Below, in pieces: positions 1 to 7,806 of a stretch of DNA of 15,827 nucleotides. The stretch comes from Vitrella brassicaformis CCMP3155. Its lineage: Eukaryota > Protista > Chromerida. Within the stretch, counting starts at the first letter, position 1. Each line of letters begins with the position of its first letter. The notes under the pieces were generated by a model. The model was not told the origin of the DNA. It did no database searches and saw nothing but the letters and a program-made list of their open reading frames with translations. Both the position numbers and the translations under genes were made by a program. The stretch is from NCBI GenBank assembly GCA_001179505.1, contig CDMY01000844.1, positions 1-15,827 on the forward strand, given 5' to 3'.

Positions 1-584
1 CCCGCACCAGGTCCCCAGCGCCCTCCGCTCCTCGCCGTCACCCTCCTGCACACGTAGTACATGATACACACATCGATACAGACAGACGGACAGACAGACA
101 GACAGACAGACGTTCACAGTCTGTATGTGTTATGTGTAATGTGCTGTCCGCCCACCTTTGGGGTAAAGGCGTCATCACCTTCCTGTACTCAGACAAACAA
201 ACACCCACACACAGGCACATACATGGCTGGTCTGCGAGCGCTAAGTATGTGTGTGTGTGTGTCTGTGTGCTCCCGCACCCACCTCAAGATCGTCGTCATC
301 TTCGTCGCCACCACCTTCGGAGTCCTCAGGAGGGATCTCAGGCTCCTCGGGGACAGTCACCTCCTGCAAACACATGACACACACACACAAAGCAGCGACA
401 GATAGACAAGCGTGCACATGCATAGTGCAGAGAGACCACAGGTGGGTGGCCGTGAATTTCTTACGGTCGACGGATCAGTGACGGCCGTGGACTCCTGCAG
501 CTTGCGCAGGGAGGGTGGGTGCTTCATGTCAGCAGCAACACCGGCCACCAGGAGGGCACCAACAAGGCACAGAAACAGCTTCAT
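1..584 (-). CDS. Gene A: secreted prepropeptide-family member, 3' end runs off the window
   Basis: Exons 584-465 (MKLFLCLVGALLVAGVAADMKHPPSLRKLQESTAVTDPST), 363-283 (EVTVPEEPEIPPEDSEGGGDEDDDDLE), 182-156 (EGDDAFTPK) and 45-<1 (EGDGEERRALGTWCG...). All introns are GT-AG and phase 0. The N-terminus is hydrophobic and signal-peptide-like, and exon 1 is near-identical to gene C exon 1. Confidence 0.85.
78..111. repeat. (GACA)n intronic microsatellite
   Basis: Direct reading, in gene A intron 3. The same class recurs at ~1208-1229, ~1377-1401 and ~9020-9042. Confidence 0.9.
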
Positions 585-1029
585 CGTGGGAGAACAATCC
601 AGGGTTCGGAATGGACTGAACGCACAGATGTAGCACTGGAATGCCGACAGATGGTTGACGAATCAAGCAGGCTGCAAGCGGTCGGAGTCTGATGCAAAAC
701 AGAATGAATGCGAAGAGGCACAAGACAGTTCTCCCTATCCAGCCGGTCTCGGAACATTCCACTTCGCATTCCGGGAACGAACGAACACTCCGCGACTCAC
801 ACCGCGCCGTTCTCTTGGGGCGGGCTAGGGTCGAGGGCGTGCAACAACATATTATCGCGTTTCTGAGCTCACGTTCCCTCTTCTCGCCTGTCCCGTTCCA
901 AATGGGCAATGGGAAAGGGGACAGAGAGGGAGGGATTCCAGCTCCAGAATCGTCATTCCGCTCCAGATCTTCATTCCGCCGTCCGTCGTCAGGTGACTGT
1001 TGTCCTTTGTCGTTTCTCACTTGTTCGCG
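585..1029. promoter_or_regulatory. Putative bidirectional promoter region between genes A and B
   Basis: 445-bp gap between divergent ATGs. The B 5' flank shares tttctcacttgttc (1013-1026) and cttcat(t)ccgcc with the C flank. Promoter function is inferred from geometry only. Confidence 0.5.
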
Positions 1030-1651
1030 ATGAAGCTACTTCTGTGCCTTGCTGGCGCCCTCCTGATGGCCGGTGCTCTGTGCGCCCCAACACCCCTGCG
1101 CAAGCTGGCACCTCAAGAGTCCACGGCCGTCACTGATCCGTCGACCGTAAGCAATGCATGACCACCCACCTGTGCTGCCCTCTATGCCACTGTGCATGTT
1201 CATTTTTCTGTCTGTCTGTCTGTCTGTCTTTCTGTCCTCTCATGGTGTATGCAGAATGTAACCGTTCCCGAGGAGCCTGATCCAGAGATCACCCCTGGCG
1301 ACGAGGTGGGCAAGAGAACACTCACCCATACAGGCAGCGACCCACCCACCCACCCAGGCATAGACCCCTGCACGCCTGTCTGTCTGTCTGTCTGTCTGTC
1401 TGCATGTGTGTGTGCAGGAGGGTGGCGATGATATTGAACTGAGGGCTACGCACTGGCGCCACTATTGCTCTGAGTGCACCTGTGGGCATGGGTACCCTGG
1501 ATGGGCTGAGAACCATGGCAATCACGACCACACCCACGGTTGCCCGTGTAAGTGCCATGGCATGATGCACTACGGTTGTGAGTGTACGTGTGACCATCAC
1601 CATCACCACCATGGCCACGAGCACTACCATGACTGCGAGTGTATGTGTTAG
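1030..1651 (+). CDS. Gene B: secreted His/Cys-rich, metallothionein-like prepropeptide (133 aa)
   Basis: Exons 1030-1146 (MKLLLCLAGALLMAGALCAPTPLRKLAPQESTAVTDPST), 1255-1305 (NVTVPEEPDPEITPGDE) and 1418-1651 (EGGDDIELRATHWRHYCSECTC...HHHHHHGHEHYHDCECMC*). Introns are GT-AG and phase 0. The last 68 aa contain 18 His and 12 Cys in four Cys triads. Confidence 0.85.
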
Positions 1652-2440
1652 CACCAGTGTGTTTTGGACGTGAGTCAGTGGGTGGTGGCTGGGCTGTGGG
1701 TGGGGGAGAGAGAGATGAGCCACACGACGTCTGAGATGGCTTGCGTCCCTACTGATCTGATCTGCGGTGGTGTTTCATCAATATAAGTAGCTCGTCTCTG
1801 TTTGCCTGTGGCTCGTCTTGTTGTCGTCTGTGTGTCCGTGACACTCACACATACATATACAGTGCCATGAGCACGCGAGTCAAACAGGCTCAAGGGGAGG
1901 AGGGATCTCGAGATCCCCGCCCCATCAGCGTGTGTCTGGCTCTTGCTGGCTGGGCAGAGAGTATGTCTGTATGTCTGTTTTATGTCACGCATTCCTCGCT
2001 TGAGTAGCTGCCCCGCTCCCCCTCCCGCTCCATCCAGCTGCGGCCTGGTGGCTGGTTGGCTTTTTTCTTCAATGCACATAATTTATTGAATGTGTCGTGA
2101 GCGTCTTTGTGTGTTCGTCTTCCTGACGAGCTCTGAGCTGATGTGAAGTGTGTGGCTGGCTGACTGGCTGTGTGCATACTTGCATGTATTTCATGTGGGA
2201 GGGGGTGGGGCAGCCACAGACAGGGGAGGGGAGTGAGGGGGAGATGAGTCGTCACAATCCATCTTGGGGGTTACACACATGGGATGGGATGGACACATGG
2301 GATGGGATGGACAGAGACACCGACGAGACACGCAAATATATCAAGTGAATGATCCAATGACGCCCGGGTGAACCACTCATAAGCGAGATCTGCAGAACGA
2401 CTGTTGACCCCCTCCCTCATATTTTTCACTACTTCTGCAG

Positions 2441-2837
2441 ATTCAACAGTCAATTGAGGGACTGTTGACACTTGATGGAGCTGCTTCAGTGCCTTCATTT
2501 AGACAGCGTTCGGTAAACCACGGCAGGTGGACACACATGCAGACACATCTCATGTGTGGGTGTTTGAATGTCTGTGTGCAGTTTGACGATGGTGGCTAGG
2601 GCGACACCATCGAAGAGAACGAGATCGACGTTTTGGGTTTATGTCTCGACATTAAGAACCCAAGAGCCCAAAAGGCTTTAATGGCGAGGGGCGTCGGCTC
2701 TCAAGGCTGTTGGGAGGGAGGCTGTCGGCTGCACAGGTTGCTAGGTTGTTGAAGGTAAACCATCTGGAGGGGCACGGCATCCGAAGGCGGTCGTCACGAC
2801 TGATTGAATGCAGTCCAGAGAGTGGTCTCTGCTCTCA

Positions 2838-2874
<37 letters not shown>

Positions 2875-2960
2875 CTTTTGATTCGTTCGTCCGTTCTGAC
2901 AGGTGTCGAGTGGTGGGCCGCAGCAGCTGGCACATAGACGAGCCACATCACATGAAGGCT
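2441..2960 (+). pseudogene. Possible decayed spliced gene remnant, family not recognised
   Basis: Acceptor ...ttctgcag| precedes exon 2441-2512 (IQQSIEGLLTLDGAASVPSFRQRS), followed by a gtaaac donor. Acceptor gtgtgcag| at 2581 precedes FDDGG*GDTIEENEIDVLGLCLDIKNPRAQKALMARG with an in-frame TAG at 2597-2599. Intron-style CT/GT tracts follow. No start codon was resolved. Confidence 0.3.
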
Positions 2961-3839
2961 GATGACACAAGACCCCTTTTCTGACCCTTGTATGTGTGTG
3001 TGGGTGTGTGTGCATGTGTGTACGTGTGTGTGTGTGTCTGCTGTCCGCTGTGTCTGTCGTTTTGCCTCTGCCTGCCTGCCTGCCTGCATTTGAGTCAAGG
3101 CGTACATGTGTCCTCTTGACGTTGCTGCCTGACCTCCTTCCTGTTCTTGGCCAACTGTCCGTGTTCGTGTCTGTTAATATAGCAAGAGACTGTCCGCCGA
3201 TGTGTGTATGTGCACGTATGCGCGCTCGTCCCCAAATGACGGAAAGGGCGGGTGGGTACGATTGGATGACACGGATGAGACGGATGAGACCCACCCCACG
3301 AGGGACGCATGTATTACATGCAGACATAAAGGGAGTCAACAATGCAGCATGCAGTCAACCAAAATGTGCCCTTCCACACATAGTCTCCCCTTTCCGTCGT
3401 TGCCCCCATCACAGTTTGATCGATTTGATGACGTATGTACTGCATACAACTGACACCAACTGGCTGCGGCCTGCCTGAGACGCTCTCTCTCCCTCTCTGG
3501 CCACTGCTCCACACACCACTTCCCAAGGACAGCTCGTGCAGAGCACATCAGATTAGTCAGGCGAAATGATTAGCACAGCACTCAGAAAAAGGAAAACGAG
3601 AACACAGATTCTGAGACCTTCTACGAATTGATTGACCGAAGAGGAAAGAGCAGTCAGCCAGATGGCAGGTGGCGGATAGCAAGGGAAAACGAGCAGGAGA
3701 AGAGGAACAGAACAGTGTGTGCTCACTTGGGTCCTTCATCTGTACCACAAGCGCAGACAGCGATACCAACACTCACACCGATGTGTGTGTCCAGCAAGTG
3801 CGTTGACGCACCAGTGGATGATTTCAATAGTCGCCAGCG

Positions 3840-4591
3840 TCAATAGTCGCCATAGCGCCGATCGGATTCCCACGGGTAGGGGAGGTGGTTGTCGTGGTTC
3901 TGGTTCCTTCGGTGCCTGCGGCGCCACCACCAGGCTGCTCTTCGGTGGCGCCCCCACCACTGCAGAGCTCTCAGCTCAGCCCTGCCATCACCTTCCTGGT
4001 CGTCCTCGCCTTGTGCGGCAGTGAGGTCTTCATCGGGTTTCTCGGTCTCATCTTCCAGCAAGAGACACTCATGGAGATTTTCACACAGACAGTCGCTGTT
4101 CATGTATGATATTTTGCTGGCCAACCTCGATGTCGGCAGGGGGGTAGCCGCACCAGCCCGCCTCCCCGCCGCACCGACCACCCTCCTGCACTCAGCCAAA
4201 CCAATAACGGCACACGGGCATATGGCTGCTCTGCGTGTGCTGCATGTGTGTGTTTGTGTGCGGAAGCTCCGTTGCCCACCCCATCTGTTATATCGTCGCG
4301 AGAGTCGTCGTCATCGTCAACTGCGTAGTTGCCAGGAGTGATCTCAGACTCCTCGGGGACAGTCACCTCCTGCACACACACATCACACACACAGGGGAGC
4401 GACCGATAGACACGCGCATGAACATCCATCGAGGCATACAGAGCAGCACAGGTTGGCCACGCGTTCCTTACCGTCGACGGATCAGTGACGGCCGTGGACT
4501 CCTGCAGCTTGCGCAGGCAGGGTGGGTGCTTCATGTCAGCAGCAACACCGGCCACCAGGAGGGCGCCGACAAGGCACAGAAACAGCTTCAT
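3840..4591 (-). CDS. Gene C: secreted prepropeptide with acidic spacer and Trp/Arg-rich cationic C-terminus (~161 aa); last splice acceptor atypical
   Basis: Exons 4591-4472, 4369-4280 (EVTVPEESEITPGNYAVDDDDDSRDDITDG), 4185-4126 (EGGRCGGEAGWCGYPPADIE) and ~4055-3840 (EDETEKPDEDLTAAQGEDDQEGDGRAELRALQWWGRHRRAAWWWRRRHRRNQNHDNHLPYPWESDRRYGDY*). The expected last acceptor reads ttgcTG rather than ttgcAG. In-frame alternative AG acceptors would start the exon at 4067 or 4046. Confidence 0.75.
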
Positions 4592-5000
4592 CGCGGGAGA
4601 ACAAGTGAGAAAATGAAAAGGAAAAACAATCACTGGCAGAAGGAAGGCGGATGAAGAATGTCGAAGGTGCGGATCTGCCCTCCGACACTCTTCCCATTTC
4701 GATCAGAGGTGTTAGGACGAATTCGGTTTTACGCATGCGGTGTCCTGGGACTGGGAACGCGAAGACAGGTGGGACAGATCTCTTCCTCCTCGACAGATCC
4801 CAACTTGAGATTTCACATTGCGCCTTCCTTCCTTTTCAGTTTGTTTTTCCCTTGTCGTATTCTCGCTCGTTCTCCCGATGAAGCTGCTTCTGTGCCTGGT
4901 TGGTGCCCTCCTGGTGGCCGGTGCTCTGTGCGCTGATGACGTGAAGCACCCATCCTCCCTGCGCAAGCTGAGTCCTCAGGGCGTCGCTGATCCGTCGACG
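4472..5000. repeat. Imperfect inverted repeat: exon 1 plus ~90 bp of 5' flank of gene C versus gene D
   Basis: The reverse complement of the C flank (cagatcc...ccgccttccttc...gttctcccgcgATG) aligns by eye with the D flank (cagatcc...gcgccttccttc...gttctcccgATG), and the two exon 1 sequences are paralogous. The spacer is about 100 bp. Confidence 0.7.
4592..4877. promoter_or_regulatory. Putative bidirectional promoter region between gene C and ZIP gene D
   Basis: 286-bp gap between divergent ATGs at 4591 (-) and 4878 (+). Inferred from geometry only. Confidence 0.55.
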
Positions 5001-5084
5001 GTAAGGACATGCAACATGGCCACAACTTGCTCGTGCTGCCTCTCCGTCACCGTGGGTTTGCATGCGTCTGTTTATCCGTCGATC

Positions 5085-5120
<36 letters not shown>

Positions 5121-6045
5121 CAGCAGGGTGATGAAGCTCCTGTGAGGGCGCTGCATGGACCTCACCGCGACCACGATGATGACCATCGCCACGACCATGA
5201 CTACGCCGACCGTGTGGCCCTCGGTTTCGTCATGACCACCATCGCCGGTAGGTACGCACGTGTGCTGCCTGACACGACGCGCACGTTGTCGTGATGTCTT
5301 GCCGGTCACTCATTCGGTGTTGATGTGATGTTTCGCGGGTGCAGGCTTGTCCACTGCTGTGGGCAGCGCCTTGTCCTTCTGCCTTCCCAGGAACAATGGC
5401 AAGGCACGTGTGCTGCAGACACACGTGCCTGGATGGATCCGCACACACTGACTGCCACATCACATCATGTTATATCGGTGTCTGTCCGCAGGTGTTTGCG
5501 GTGTTGTGCATGTCTCTGTCTGCGGGCGTCATGCTCTACGTGTCCTTCGGGGAGATCCTCAGCAAAAGCATCGTACGATCGATCGATCGACATGCGCGCA
5601 CACGCACTCCCAAGAGCGCGTACGTGTTTGTACATATATGCACATTTTGTATGTGTTGTGTGCAATGAATAGGACGAGTTTCGTGAGGCGATTAGCGACG
5701 GGGGGGAGGCGTACGCCTACGCTACGCTGTGCTTTTTCGGCGGTATGCTCACACGCATACATACCCACATGTGGCCACACAAACATACACCTGCACACAA
5801 AACAAACAATATACCTATGTGTGCATCATTCGACAGGTATCCTTGCGGCGATGCTGCTCGACTACGCCCTGGATTCCATGTTCAAAGTACTTGAAGCCAA
5901 CACTCACTCCATGGACACACAATGACATGCACAAACATGCGAATGATGCCGTGACTCGCGTGTGCAGTGGATCCAGACCGAGCCCGAGGCGCCCAGCAAC
6001 AGCAGCCCAGTGCCCGACGAAGTCCCCAAGGTATGAAGTGCATGC

Positions 6046-6076
<31 letters not shown>

Positions 6077-7806
6077 GGAGAGACACGATATTACGTGCCA
6101 CACATGACGATTGACTGACGTGCACGTACACATGTATGTGGCTGCAGAGTGGGGCAGACCGGGAGCAGCAGCAAGAGGAACGTAACAACACTGAGCAAGG
6201 TGCGCACACCACACAAACGGAAACGCATGGATGGATGGATGGATGGAATGGCAGGCGGTTGCGATGGAGGCGCTCTCGCTCGAGAAAAGGTACTGTGTGG
6301 AGAGCAAGTAGCTGTGGTGAGTGCACACACCACAGACGACACGCACACACGCACATGCAAATATATACACATGATATATATATGCATGTGTACCTACCTA
6401 CCTACCTACCTCTGTACGTCATGTCCGCGCACACATGTCATGTGTCAATCAATAAAGGTGATTGAGCAGTCTCTCTGCGGCGATGATAAGATGGCCAGGA
6501 CGCCGTCAACCGACTGTGAAGGTACGTCATTCACGCCACGCCTCCGTTCACACGTATGTATGAGTGTGAACAGCACATCTCTCTCACACTACATATGGGT
6601 ATGTGTGTGTGTGTGTGTGTGTGTGTTCCTGTGCAGGTGCTGGGAGTCCGGACCAGCGCAGCACATCAGAAGACAACCCGAAGAAGGTCCATCTATCCGT
6701 CCGTCCGTCCGTAAATGCATACATGTGTGCGCGTCGTGTGTATTAAGGGTTCGTTGGAGAAGCAGTGGGCTGACAGAGCGGCCCTCAAAAGCCTCGGGAT
6801 ATTCAGGTACGTACGTACGTACGTACGTACGTACGTGGAACAAAGCGCCGACACATACACATATACACACATGTATGTCTTCTATGACTGCAATAAATAT
6901 CGGTTCGGTTTATCACCGATCGACCAGCGGTCTTGCACTAGCTATGCACAACTTCCCCGAAGGTTTGGCCACGTTCGCTGCGACACTGGCGGATCCAACC
7001 TTCGGACTCGGTACGTGCCACACACCCGCATCGCACACACGCCATGGATACACATTCATTGGTGTGTGCACACAGGGGTGGCCGTTGCCATCGCCATCCA
7101 CAATATTCCCGAGGGAATCGCCGTCAGGTATCCACACGCACAGATGGGTGCACGCACGGGCACAATGCCGCCGCTGTGCTTGTGCACATTCGATCAGTGT
7201 GCCGATCTTCTACGCAACGGGCAGCAAGTGGAAGGCATTCGGTACGTCCATACACATGCATACACGCACACATACACATGCATGTGTGTGCCTTTGTGTG
7301 GGTGTGTGTACAGGCTGGTCGCTGCTCAGTGGCCTAGCCGAGCCAGTCGGGGCTCTACTAGGTCAGTGAGTCAAGTGATTGCATCCATGCATTTGTCTGT
7401 CCACGCGCTCTCAAATGCATGTCTGCATGAATGCCACTCAGGCTACCTGGTGCTGATTCACGTGATGTCGCCCACTGCATTCGCCATTCTGTTCGGTACG
7501 TCTGTCTGCACGTGTGTGTGCACCCACCCGTGAGCACGCATTGTTGTCTTGTTGTGTCTCGATGGGGCTTGGCTTGCAGGTTTGGTGGGAGGTATCATGA
7601 TTCATATATGCATCAAGAAGCTGATACCCACCGCACTCAAATACGACCCACAAGTACGCCATCCACACACAGGTCCATCCTTCCTTCCGTCCAAACACAT
7701 GTACACGGTTGTGTATGTGTGTGTTTAGGATCGTGTGACGTCAAACACGTGTCTGGTGGGGATGGCCGTCATGGCCCTCTCGCTGGTGCTTTTCCAAGTC
7801 GTCTGA
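4878..7806 (+). CDS. zupT: Gene D: ZIP-family divalent metal (Zn/Fe/Mn) transporter, ZupT/GufA-like, ~420 aa, 19 exons, with family signal/pro-leader and His/Asp-rich N-terminal segment
   Basis: Exons 4878-5000, 5124-5247, 5345-5403, 5492-5572, 5673-5742, 5837-5886, 5968-6030, 6148-6199, 6255-6289, 6458-6521, 6637-6686, 6748-6806, 6928-7010, 7076-7127, 7198-7241, 7314-7361, 7442-7495, 7580-7653 and 7729-7806 splice into one open frame of 1263 nt. Motifs include MSLSAGVMLYVSF, TM4 HNFPEG (6947-6964), TM5 HNIPEG (7099-7116), SVPIFYATGSKWKAF and SGLAEPVGALLG. One GC-AG intron starts at 5404. Confidence 0.95.
5087..5116. repeat. (TG)n intronic microsatellite upstream of a splice acceptor
   Basis: Direct reading, ZIP intron 1. 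Similar TG tracts precede many acceptors in the window. Confidence 0.9.
6807..6834. repeat. (GTAC)7 self-complementary microsatellite starting exactly at a splice donor
   Basis: attcag|gtacgtacgtacgtacgtacgtacgtacgt in ZIP intron 12. Confidence 0.95.

Noticed and set aside
1418-1651. Possibility that gene B's His/Cys richness is only translated CA/TG microsatellite
   Set aside because: The segment follows a canonical acceptor, starts with the family EG..RA motif, uses mixed codons with Trp/Gly/Tyr/Pro, and has regular CxCxC spacing rather than HTHT/CVCV dinucleotide runs.
2275-2310. Two tandem copies of an 18-bp unit (acacatgggatgggatgg)
   Set aside because: Ordinary slippage of GGAT-type repeats. 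There are no spacers, so it is not CRISPR-like.
2271-2498. 75-aa minus-strand ORF MKALKQLHQV...
   Set aside because: No homology recognised and no supporting splice structure. It overlaps a plus-strand remnant with better splice signals.
2794-3548. Several overlapping 70-182 aa ORFs on both strands
   Set aside because: They are dominated by translated CA/TG/CCTG repeats, with no recognisable domain or consistent splice model.
5121-5126. NAGNAG (cagcag) tandem acceptor in ZIP intron 1
   Set aside because: It changes only one Gln and is a common feature.
6149-7369. 406-aa ORF, the longest in the track
   Set aside because: It is read-through of ZIP exons and microsatellite introns (HTHT/CVCV runs). 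The spliced model explains all conserved motifs.
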